From: Candidatus Poribacteria bacterium
Lineage (GTDB): Bacteria; Poribacteria; WGA-4E; WGA-3G
Reading direction: 5' to 3'
Length of the DNA stretch: 64,000 nt
Assembly (NCBI GenBank): GCA_965116815.1
Contig: OZ220722.1
Coordinates: 149,962 to 213,961 of the forward strand
In this document: positions 29,863-38,226 of the stretch, piece by piece
Layout of the letters: each line of letters opens with the position of its first letter
How positions within the stretch are numbered: the first letter of the stretch is position 1
Notes under the pieces: model-generated
Databases searched by the model: none
What the model was told of the DNA's origin: nothing
What the model saw: only the letters and a program-made list of their open reading frames with translations
Program-made: the position numbers and the translations under genes

Positions 29863-30987
29863 TTATTGTGTCATTTTAATCGTTGCCCACGTTTTCAGAA
29901 GTTTTCCTATTGGAGTGACGAGCCCACGAACTATTGCCGTGTCATAAACCTCGACATTTACAAGTGGATCTTCATTACCGCCGCTATTTCCACCAAGGAT
30001 ATAGATTTGCCTATCTATTGGCTGAGCCCCATGACCATTTTTACCGGTCGGCATGTCCGGTGCCTGAGTCCAACGATCGGTTTTGGGATCGGAAATTTCA
30101 ATCGTTGGTAGATATAAGTAGGGTCCCTTGTCTCTGAAACCACCACCTATTACATATATTTTTCCATCCACAACACTCGCCGTGTGAAGTGATTTTGGGG
30201 TAGGCATCTCTGCTACATCCTTCCAACGATTTGTTTTTGGATCGAAAACCTCAACACTGGAAAGAAAAGGACCTGGATGATTTGGAATTTGGGGCCATCC
30301 GGTTCCGCCCATGACGTAAATCTTTCCATCCATAACACTGACTGCAGCACCAGCGCGAATATGGTTCATATTTCTGGCTTTCGCCCATGTGTCAGTGACC
30401 GGGTCATATACCTCCACGGTTTTTAGCCGCGTCGGTTTCCCCTCCTTAAAATTAATGGTTGCTGATCCACCGATGGCATATATTTTCCCGTCCACAACAC
30501 AGGTGGGAGCCATTCTGGGCGTTGGCATATCTGCTCTCTGTATCCATGTGTCTGTAACTGGATCGTACATTTCCACGGTTGGAAGTTCTTTAGGCTCCCA
30601 CACTCTAACTTTTCTCCACTCACGCCTAACCTGATCAAAGACATCAATCTCAAATCTCTTCAGTTCCGTTCCACCAATAGCGTAGATTTTTCCGTCCACA
30701 ACCGAAACAGATACACCCGTGCGGGCTGTCGGCATATCTGCTTTTCGTTCCCATGTATCGGTTTTAGGGTCGTACATTTCGACCGTTGAGAGGGACAAGT
30801 TTCCAAACCCCTCAATCTCGCCTCCTATGGCGTATATCTTTCCATTTACAATACATGTACCAAAACCGGAGCGCTGTGTCGGCATATCTGCTTTCCGCGT
30901 CCAATTTTCTTCGGCGGCAAGATTGACAACGTTGATAACCAACAACGCACATAAAATCAGGATTCCGAAGGTCAAATGAGTTTTCAC
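29863..30987 (-). CDS. Secreted Kelch-repeat beta-propeller protein with divergent TWxxIK tail
   Basis: Signal peptide MKTHLTFGILILCALLVINVVNLAAE. At least 6 repeats of DGKIYAIGG...VEMYDPxTDTW. C-terminus PIGKLLKTWATIKMTQ. Confidence 0.8.
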   Translation of the reverse strand: MKTHLTFGILILCALLVINVVNLAAEENWTRKADMPTQRSGFGTCIVNGKIYAIGGEIEGFGNLSLSTVEMYDPKTDTWERKADMPTARTGVSVSVVDGKIYAIGGTELKRFEIDVFDQVRREWRKVRVWEPKELPTVEMYDPVTDTWIQRADMPTPRMAPTCVVDGKIYAIGGSATINFKEGKPTRLKTVEVYDPVTDTWAKARNMNHIRAGAAVSVMDGKIYVMGGTGWPQIPNHPGPFLSSVEVFDPKTNRWKDVAEMPTPKSLHTASVVDGKIYVIGGGFRDKGPYLYLPTIEISDPKTDRWTQAPDMPTGKNGHGAQPIDRQIYILGGNSGGNEDPLVNVEVYDTAIVRGLVTPIGKLLKTWATIKMTQ

Positions 30988-31000
30988 GGTTTACCTCTAT

Positions 31001-31879
31001 TTAAGGTTGTGCCTCAGCGTAACATGCTTCCAATTCATCATCGGAAATATCTTCAACACCGGTGCGTGTCACAGTCTTGACATTTGGAAAAATTTGTGCT
31101 CTGGCGTTGTAACCGCTTGTCGCTGCATCATACTCGCTCGCGGTGTCTAAAAGCCGCAAGATCGTGATAGTTGCCTGTCGTTCATCCATCTCCTGTAAGG
31201 GTGTATCCCCGAACCGAGAGAGGTAACGTAACACACCCCGGATCCAGATTGAGCCAGATCCGGTTGTGGCAAAATTGACGTTCTCAAAGTGCGCACCGAG
31301 TGCATCATAAAAGAAAATCTTTCCGCCATTCTCTTCATCGGCGGCACTCAAGTCATACAATGCAAAGATCGGGATAACGCCCCCGATGCCTTGAAGTGCC
31401 ATGGGCAGATTGTCTCGAATGAGCCGGGATAGCATTCGGAGTTTACCTTCAAGGCTCAACTCTTGAAGTTGACTGCGGCGAAAGTATTGGAAAGAATGCT
31501 CCAATACTCTGGCAATTTCATAAGCAATTGCAGGCGAACCTGAAATGGCAAGCACAGAATGCTTATCAATCTGCAAGACCTTTTCCGCTCGGTCATAGAT
31601 GACAGAGGTACCAGCAGTCGCACGCCGGTCACCTGCGATCATGACACCATCCGCGTAACGAACAGCCACAACAGTGGTGCTGTGCGCTATCTCAACATCG
31701 ACACCGTGTTGTCCGGTTTCGGATGGCAAGTCTATCTTCAAGGAGTAGTTGGCGTGTTTCAAAAGGTTGAGGAAGTCGCCTTTATGATTCATGACTTCCT
31801 TGTACGGGTTAGCTCCCCTAACCCTCTCTTCATGCTCCACGCCCATTCGATTCAGGAAATTGCCCTTATCGTTCATCAC
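31001..31879 (-). CDS. prcB: Proteasome beta subunit with long propeptide
   Basis: Predicted mature N-terminus at ...IAHS/TTVVAVRYADGVMIAGDRRATAG. The ATG overlaps the modifier stop (ATGA). An alternative start at 31792 is possible. Confidence 0.8.
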   Translation of the reverse strand: MMNDKGNFLNRMGVEHEERVRGANPYKEVMNHKGDFLNLLKHANYSLKIDLPSETGQHGVDVEIAHSTTVVAVRYADGVMIAGDRRATAGTSVIYDRAEKVLQIDKHSVLAISGSPAIAYEIARVLEHSFQYFRRSQLQELSLEGKLRMLSRLIRDNLPMALQGIGGVIPIFALYDLSAADEENGGKIFFYDALGAHFENVNFATTGSGSIWIRGVLRYLSRFGDTPLQEMDERQATITILRLLDTASEYDAATSGYNARAQIFPNVKTVTRTGVEDISDDELEACYAEAQP

Positions 31880-32073
31880 TCCCCCGTTCTTTGGCGGTAG
31901 CGTCGGGATTGGTCCTTGTCAACACGACGCATGCGTTTGAGCAGCTCTTGCGTATCAGGTCGACTGACCTTCTGGCGCTTTGGCCCTTCATTATCGCCAT
32001 CGCCATCACCGGGTCCGATGGGTTTTGTGTCTTTCTGTTTACGTTCGAGCTGAGCAATCATCTTGGCTGCCAT
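31876..32073 (-). CDS. pup: Pup-like small protein modifier (UBact-type), 65 aa
   Basis: AAGGAG upstream. Between dop and prcB as in actinobacterial pup loci. Disordered, charged sequence ending ...LLKRMRRVDKDQSRRYRQRTGE. Confidence 0.7.
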   Translation of the reverse strand: MAAKMIAQLERKQKDTKPIGPGDGDGDNEGPKRQKVSRPDTQELLKRMRRVDKDQSRRYRQRTGE

Positions 32074-32090
32074 TCTGTTTCTCCTTTTTA

Positions 32091-32238
32091 GTAGTTTTCA
32101 GTTTTCAGAAGGAATAGTTATCAGTACTCAGTTATAAGTTATCAGTTAAGAGGTCTCTTATGGCAGTAACACTAAAAGTAACCAACACAAGTGTTTAACT
32201 GAAAACCGAAAGCGCAGCGTACTGACAACTGATAACTA
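32091..32238. repeat. Family A palindromic element
   Basis: GTAGTTTTCAGTTTTCAG...AGTTATCAGTACTCAGTTATAAGTTATCAGTTAAGAGG ... TTTAACTGAAAACCGAAAG...ACTGACAACTGATAACTA. The terminal CTA is the TAG stop of dop. Confidence 0.7.
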
Positions 32239-33765
32239 TTCCTGACGCAATTTTTCAATAAGAGTTTCAACAGTCGGCGATTGATCTAACGCCTCGTTAT
32301 ATTGATGGGCAATTTCCGCATCGGCGAGGGCATCCAGATTGACTTCGCGGGTGCGTCCGTTTACAGTGAAGGTGATACTATCCCATTGAATCGCTTTTAT
32401 AGAACTACTGAATCGATCAACAGCGCGTCCACGAAAGTACGCCCGCGTGCCAGCAGGCGGGTTATGAAGTGCAGCATCAATCTGCTCATCCGTAACAACA
32501 CGCCGCATCGGAATCCCATAGTATAGCCCTTCGTCTAAGGCAATGTTATGGTATTCCAAATCCAAACTTTGGAGCCACGCGTCATCCCACGCAAGCCCCT
32601 CTTCTTCAATAAAGGTTTCAAGCAACCACTTTTTCGCAACCCAATCGAGTCGGTCAATGAGAGACATCGGATCCGCCTCAAGCGCATTGAGAGTATCCTC
32701 CCATTCGGTGAGCACCCAGTCAGTTTCAGGTAGGGACGAGGCAACCTCGCCCCTACTGAGATATTTCTGTGCGAGTGCGAGGTACTCACGTTGATGGTCA
32801 ATGGCGGACATCGTTTTCCCCTCTTCCGTCATCACCATCCATCGATACGTCTGGTCATGCGACACAGTCTTAATGGTATCAATCGGGTTGACAAGTGTTA
32901 GACTCGCTGGAATTCTCCGTTGTTCAATCAAAGTAATAACGAGCGCTGTCGTACCGACTTTAAGTGCCGTTGCGTACTCGGACATATTCGCATCACCTGC
33001 AATACCGTGCAACCTACGGTATTTAGACGCATCCGCGTGCGGCTCATCTCGCGTGTTAACAATGGGACGATTGTGCATCGTATCCACGCTCGCCTCGACG
33101 TGAAAGAAATCGGATCGCTGGGATAGTTGGTAATGTCCCGGTGTTGCGAGTCCTGCTTCCGTTTCAATACCGAGTTTCCCTGCGCCAGCAAAGATTTGGC
33201 GCGTGATAAAAAACGGCATGATGCCCTGTTTGAGAGTCTCAAACGGAACTTCGCGTGCCATCAGGTAATTATCGTGACAACCGTAACTATGCCCGTGAAA
33301 ATCGGTATTATTCTTGTATAAAAGCACCCGCTTCCCGAGTTTCTCGCTTCGGGTTTCGGCACACCGCTGAAGGATACGTTCCCCTGCCTTATCGTGCGCG
33401 ACGAGATCAAACAGACGACTGCACTCAGGTGTGGAATACTCCGGATGTGCATGGTCGTTGTAGAGCCGCGCGCCGTTGACAAGGATGTGATCGCTCTTGA
33501 TTTCAGCAAAAGAGAGCCGCTCTTTCGTATTACGTTCCCGGTCGCGTTCCTCTTCCTCTTTTTCATCAGGATGATTTGAAAGTGAATTCGCGCGAAAGCC
33601 GCGTTCATCTCGAAATGGGTCTTCCCCGCGGTAGTCCCAGACCGGTCGAAAATCCTCCTGGCGATAACTTTTTATTAACTCAATCGACTGCTTAACGGCA
33701 TCAATGTGCGCTTCATTTTCGAGCGTTATTCCATATTCAGTTTCGATTCCAAAAAGTCTTTCCAT
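32236..33765 (-). CDS. dop: Depupylase/deamidase, Dop-type
   Basis: GIETEYG, WDYRGEDPFRDERGF, about 40-aa acidic insertion (Dop loop), NGARLYNDHAHPEYSTPEC, YGCHDNYL. Confidence 0.8.
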   Translation of the reverse strand: MERLFGIETEYGITLENEAHIDAVKQSIELIKSYRQEDFRPVWDYRGEDPFRDERGFRANSLSNHPDEKEEEERDRERNTKERLSFAEIKSDHILVNGARLYNDHAHPEYSTPECSRLFDLVAHDKAGERILQRCAETRSEKLGKRVLLYKNNTDFHGHSYGCHDNYLMAREVPFETLKQGIMPFFITRQIFAGAGKLGIETEAGLATPGHYQLSQRSDFFHVEASVDTMHNRPIVNTRDEPHADASKYRRLHGIAGDANMSEYATALKVGTTALVITLIEQRRIPASLTLVNPIDTIKTVSHDQTYRWMVMTEEGKTMSAIDHQREYLALAQKYLSRGEVASSLPETDWVLTEWEDTLNALEADPMSLIDRLDWVAKKWLLETFIEEEGLAWDDAWLQSLDLEYHNIALDEGLYYGIPMRRVVTDEQIDAALHNPPAGTRAYFRGRAVDRFSSSIKAIQWDSITFTVNGRTREVNLDALADAEIAHQYNEALDQSPTVETLIEKLRQE

Positions 33766-33766
33766 T

Positions 33767-33910
33767 TGGCTATCAGCCCCCAGCCATCAGTGGTCGGTTT
33801 CCGTCAACCATCAGCAAGAGGGAACTTGCGGCAATAACGCAACTGATAACAGCCACAGCGTTTCTTTGCTGATAGCCGAGAACCGGCAGCCATTCTTGCC
33901 GACGGCTACT
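33767..33910. repeat. Family A-variant palindromic element (GGCTATCAGC type)
   Basis: GGCTATCAGCCCCCAGCCATCAGTGG...AAGAGGG...GCTGATAGCCGAGAACCGGCAGCC...GCCGACGGCTAC. Fills the mpa-dop gap. Confidence 0.6.
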
Positions 33911-33933
33911 TCTCTGACGATTGATAATATCTC

Positions 33934-35760
33934 CTAAATGACACGCGAGCCAGACGCTCTGCGCCGCTCCTGTTTCTCAGCTTTGATAGGCGTAACTTTA
34001 ACAACATTCGCCGGATCGTAATCAAGGAGCTTGAGCCAATCCTCTGTTGCTTCAGTTGGTGGGAAAATTTCGCTTTCTTGATACTCCGCGGCAAGCGCAT
34101 TCAATAGGTCTGCGCGCGAGATGCCACTCTCTTTTTCCGGATTCTCAATTGCACGCTTGAGCGCGGACTCCTTCGCGCGCTGGACAATCGACTCAATGAT
34201 AGCACCGCTGCACAGATGTCCGCGATAGAGAATATCCCGTCTTCCACTCCTGAGAGAAACCTCAAGGAAACGGTTGTCTTCGTCCTCACGGAACATTTCA
34301 TCAACCACCTGTTCGATTAAATCAGTCACCGCCTTCTCAGTAGGGATAACTTCCGGTGGCGTTTCACCCGCTACCGGTGCCGCTTTGCTCTCTCCATCAA
34401 GCAACAACTCTGAAGCAATCGGCAGCTCAGGAGTGAAATAGATGCGGAAGATGTCTTTCGCAGCGTCTGCATCTGGACGCGTCACTTTAATTTTTCTATC
34501 AATGCGCCCCGGACGCAAGATAGCAGGGTCAATCAGGTCCGGACGGTTCGTCGCGAGGATAATAACAACATCCTGTAAAGATTCAATACCGTCCATCTCT
34601 GCACAGAACATCGGGACGAGCGTATTAGAGATGCTATGAGACCGGAGTGCACGCCGTGTCCCCAATATCGACTCCGCCTCATCTATAAAGACAAATGCAA
34701 GCTTGCCATCTTCCTTTTTCTCACGGGCAATCTGAAAAATCTCTCGGACTTTCCGCTCAGATTCACCGAGCCACATATTAAGAATCTCAGGTCCCTTAAT
34801 GTGTAGGAAACACCCCTCAACATCTTCTCCGCTCTCCTTTTGGAGCCGCTGCGTTAAGTTGTAAGCGGTTGCCTTGCCGATGAGTGTCTTGCCACATCCG
34901 GGAGGACCGTGAAGGAGGAAACCCTTCGGTGCACTATATTGGAACTGTTCAAAAAGTTTAGGATGTAGGATCGGGAGTTCAATCGTATCTTTAATGCGTT
35001 GGATCGTATCGTCGAGTCCTCCGACCTTCGACCACGGTATGTTCGGTACCGCCTCAAGGGCGTATACATCTGTCTCTGTGACAGGGAGATGTTCGACCGC
35101 GACCCGGAAGTTAGAGTCAATCCGAACTTCATCACCAGGTTTTAGTTTCGCATCTGCAAGGTCTGCGGAGCGTTCAAGGATGACCGATTGTGCGTTCGGT
35201 TCTTGACCGATGCGGAGCCGTCCATCTGGCAAAAGATCGGCTATCTTTGCGATAGGACCGGCATCGTTGTATCCGAGTTCACCAACAACCACAAAAGCGT
35301 CATTCAAGAGCACACTGAATCCTTTTTTAAGCTCGGCTGTCTTTAACTCTGGATCAATGTTAGCGTAGTATTCGGATCCACCGACGATAACGCGGGCGAT
35401 GTCCTCCTTGGGCAATCCGAGCAACGTTCCGATGCGATTCGCAGGGGCGGTCAACTTTTCAATCTGCGCCTCCATTTCTGCGTGGATACGGAGTGCTTCC
35501 TGCTGAATCGCGTGGATCCTTTCCTGAAATTCACCTTCATCGCTAAGGATAGAGCGACGAAGCTCAAGGAGCCAGCGACGGCGACGATCATCTACCGGGG
35601 TCTCAGCAATAATATGGTGAATCAGTTGCAACGAATAGCCAGAACTCGTTTCCTCCTCTTCAGGGGCGAGCTCTTCTTCGAGTTCCTCGTCATCTTCAAT
35701 AAACAGGTCATTCCCATCAGGGGCTGCGCCAATATCTCTACGATTCTTCTTATCGTACAT
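33934..35760 (-). CDS. mpa: Proteasome-associated AAA+ ATPase (Mpa/ARC-type)
   Basis: N-terminal coiled coil. OB-like region. Walker A GPPGCGKT. Walker B VFIDEAE. C-terminus ...RRRASGSRVI. Confidence 0.8.
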   Translation of the reverse strand: MYDKKNRRDIGAAPDGNDLFIEDDEELEEELAPEEEETSSGYSLQLIHHIIAETPVDDRRRRWLLELRRSILSDEGEFQERIHAIQQEALRIHAEMEAQIEKLTAPANRIGTLLGLPKEDIARVIVGGSEYYANIDPELKTAELKKGFSVLLNDAFVVVGELGYNDAGPIAKIADLLPDGRLRIGQEPNAQSVILERSADLADAKLKPGDEVRIDSNFRVAVEHLPVTETDVYALEAVPNIPWSKVGGLDDTIQRIKDTIELPILHPKLFEQFQYSAPKGFLLHGPPGCGKTLIGKATAYNLTQRLQKESGEDVEGCFLHIKGPEILNMWLGESERKVREIFQIAREKKEDGKLAFVFIDEAESILGTRRALRSHSISNTLVPMFCAEMDGIESLQDVVIILATNRPDLIDPAILRPGRIDRKIKVTRPDADAAKDIFRIYFTPELPIASELLLDGESKAAPVAGETPPEVIPTEKAVTDLIEQVVDEMFREDEDNRFLEVSLRSGRRDILYRGHLCSGAIIESIVQRAKESALKRAIENPEKESGISRADLLNALAAEYQESEIFPPTEATEDWLKLLDYDPANVVKVTPIKAEKQERRRASGSRVI

Positions 35761-35957
35761 TTGAACGTCTCCTCACACAGAAGCGGATGACTTTACGATA
35801 GAGTTTACCACAGTGCCCACAATTTTACCAACAATTATTTAGATTCTACCTAAATTGAGGAATACTGCGATAATTTTCAATAGTTTAGCACAATCTGCCA
35901 CACGAATGCAACAAAAAAACAAGTTTGAAAGAAATTTATAATGAATTCTCTAATATT

Positions 35958-36340
35958 TACTATAGTTTGGACAATCGTATCCGATTGAGGTAGAGTTTCC
36001 AAGGAACCGTAGATTTTTCTACGACTCACACATCTCTATGGAACTCAGAAAAAACGCTGCACACCGTAGGTTGGGTTGAACGGATCCCTCCAAAACATCA
36101 GACATAGACAATCCTCTTTGGCATCTAGGAGATCCCTGAACATCCCAAAGCCCGAGAGAAACCCAACGATGTTTCTGAAAGTGGTGTGTGTGTTGGGTTT
36201 CGCTCTATCTATTTATAGGAAGCGAGTATTAGCCAGATGCGGTTTCGATAGCACAAAAGGGGACCGAGGTTTTACCGCTCAACCCAACCTACGGTTCTCT
36301 TGATGGTTAATTACTACAAGAAATTGTCCAAACTATAGTA
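35958..36340. repeat. Nested inverted-repeat island 1 (outer 18-bp IR enclosing a family E element)
   Basis: TACTATAGTTTGGACAAT (35958-35975) vs ATTGTCCAAACTATAGTA (36323-36340), perfect match. Encloses E1 at 36064-36294. Confidence 0.7.
36064..36294. repeat. Family E structured repeat, copy 1
   Basis: Ends CCGTAGGTTGGGTTGAACGG / CCGCTCAACCCAACCTACGG. Inner pair GAAACCCAACG / GTTGGGTTTCGCT. Copy 2 at 62645-62890. Confidence 0.7.
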
Positions 36341-36439
36341 GATGTAGAGATGAGACAAACGATTAATTTGACTTTCATCAGACTGTATGTTAAGATAGCG
36401 ACAAACTCCCACTGCGAGGCAAGCAGGAGAACTCTTACC

Positions 36440-38206
36440 ATGACACTGATATCTTTATTAGAACATTCAATCGAGCACTACGGCAGTAAACCCGCATTGG
36501 CACATAAACCGAAAGGTGGCACCTATCAGGACATCTCCTACGCCGAACTCGGCGAATCGGTGCACGCTTTCAGTAAAGGCATCAATGCCTTAGGCGTGCA
36601 AAAGGATGATCGGATCGCGATCCTATCAGAGAATCGTCCGGAATGGGCGATCACGGACTTTGCTACCCTCAAAGCCGGTGGGGTAACCGTCCCCATGTTT
36701 TCAACGCTAACCGCGGCGCAGGTCGGCTATATCCTAAAAGATTCCGGATCAAAAATTATTTGTGTGTCTACAAGCAAACAGTTGGAGAAGGTAACCGCCA
36801 TCCGAGACGAGGTGCCGACACTTGAACAGGTAATCATCTTTGATCCGATTGAAGGTGAAACGCCAGAAGATGTTATTCAATTTGAAGCAGTGTGTGAATT
36901 GGAAGGCGAGGAAACAGACGCTGCTGCCACTGAAGACGACATCGCAACAATTATCTACACTTCGGGGACAACAGGAGATCCGAAGGGAGTTATGCTGACG
37001 CACGCTAATTTCATTTTCAATTTACAGGCGTGCAAATCGCTTATTGATGTCAGCGATGCAGATGTATTGTTATCGTTCCTACCGTTATCGCACGTATTTG
37101 AACGGCTCGGTGGGCATTATGTGCCGCTCTTCTCCGGTGCAAAGATAGCTTATGCGGAGAGTACGTTTACGGTTGCACAGAATATGGGAGAGGTCGCTCC
37201 GACGGTAATGCTCAGTGTACCGAGACTTTACGAAACAATGCACGATAGAATCCTACGTGCTGTGCAAGAGGGATCACCGCTCAAACAGAAAATTTTCCAT
37301 TGGGGTGTTTCAGTCGGGTCGGCAGTCAGTTCAGCGATTCAGCAAGGAAAAAAGCCGTCTGCAATTTTACAATTACAACAGAACATCGCCAACAAACTGG
37401 TCTTTGCGAAATTGAAAGCAGCAACCGGCGGAAGGCTACGTTTTTTCGTCTCTGGCGGTGCGGCGTTACCACAAGCAATTGCCGAATTTTTCCACGCGGC
37501 GGGGATCCTGATTTTGGAAGGCTATGGACTAACGGAGACCTCACCCGTTATTAGCATGAACCATCCGGAGGGTTGGAAGTTCGGGACGGTTGGGATGCCT
37601 GTCCCGGGCATAGAGGTACAAATCGCCGAAGACGGAGAGATTTTAACTCGCGGTCCGCACGTTATGAAAGGCTATTTCAATAACGAATCCGCAACAGCAG
37701 AGGTTATTGACGGAGAGAATTGGTTTCACACGGGCGACATCGGCATCATTGATGCGGATGGATTTGTCAAGATTACTGACAGAAAGAAAAACATCATCGT
37801 GCTTTCCAACGGTAAGAACGTTGCCCCGCAACCGATAGAGAGTGAGTTGGTGCAAAGTCCTTTCATTAACCAGATTCTGTTGGTGGGCAACGAACGCAAG
37901 AATCTCGCTGCGCTGATTGTCCCCAATTTTGATGCACTCAAGACGTGGGCAGCGGAAAACGGTGTTGCCACGGATGATCTCTCAACGATGCTCAAAACAC
38001 GTGAGGTGCAACAACTGATTCAAAGCGAAATCCGGAGTCGTTCGACCGATTTCGCTGACTTTGAACAGGTGCGACGGTTCACCCTGCTTGAGAAGGAATT
38101 CTCTCAAGAAGAAGATGAGATGACCCCTACGCTAAAGTTAAAGCGGAATGTTATCATAGCGCGATACGGGGATGCTATTGAGGAGATGTATCCAGAGGAT
38201 TCCTAA
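36440..38206 (+). CDS. fadD: Long-chain fatty-acid--CoA ligase (AMP-binding superfamily)
   Basis: Start at MTLISLLEHSIEHYG. AMP-binding motif IIYTSGTTGDPKGVMLTH. GYGLTETS. HTGDIG...TDRKKN. Confidence 0.8.
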   Translation: MTLISLLEHSIEHYGSKPALAHKPKGGTYQDISYAELGESVHAFSKGINALGVQKDDRIAILSENRPEWAITDFATLKAGGVTVPMFSTLTAAQVGYILKDSGSKIICVSTSKQLEKVTAIRDEVPTLEQVIIFDPIEGETPEDVIQFEAVCELEGEETDAAATEDDIATIIYTSGTTGDPKGVMLTHANFIFNLQACKSLIDVSDADVLLSFLPLSHVFERLGGHYVPLFSGAKIAYAESTFTVAQNMGEVAPTVMLSVPRLYETMHDRILRAVQEGSPLKQKIFHWGVSVGSAVSSAIQQGKKPSAILQLQQNIANKLVFAKLKAATGGRLRFFVSGGAALPQAIAEFFHAAGILILEGYGLTETSPVISMNHPEGWKFGTVGMPVPGIEVQIAEDGEILTRGPHVMKGYFNNESATAEVIDGENWFHTGDIGIIDADGFVKITDRKKNIIVLSNGKNVAPQPIESELVQSPFINQILLVGNERKNLAALIVPNFDALKTWAAENGVATDDLSTMLKTREVQQLIQSEIRSRSTDFADFEQVRRFTLLEKEFSQEEDEMTPTLKLKRNVIIARYGDAIEEMYPEDS

Positions 38207-38226
38207 GTACAAAGGAGCAACAGGAA

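Noticed and set aside
35790-35960. Candidate promoter for the mpa operon (TTGTTG ... TGTGGTAAACT).
   Set aside because: The -35/-10 spacing comes to 21 nt when counted, which is too long. No convincing alternative was found by eye.
36076-36303. 75-aa ORF 36076-36303 and 60-aa ORF 62580-62762 inside long intergenic regions.
   Set aside because: Both are read straight through family E repeat copies, on different strands and frames. They have no RBS and no shared protein sequence.
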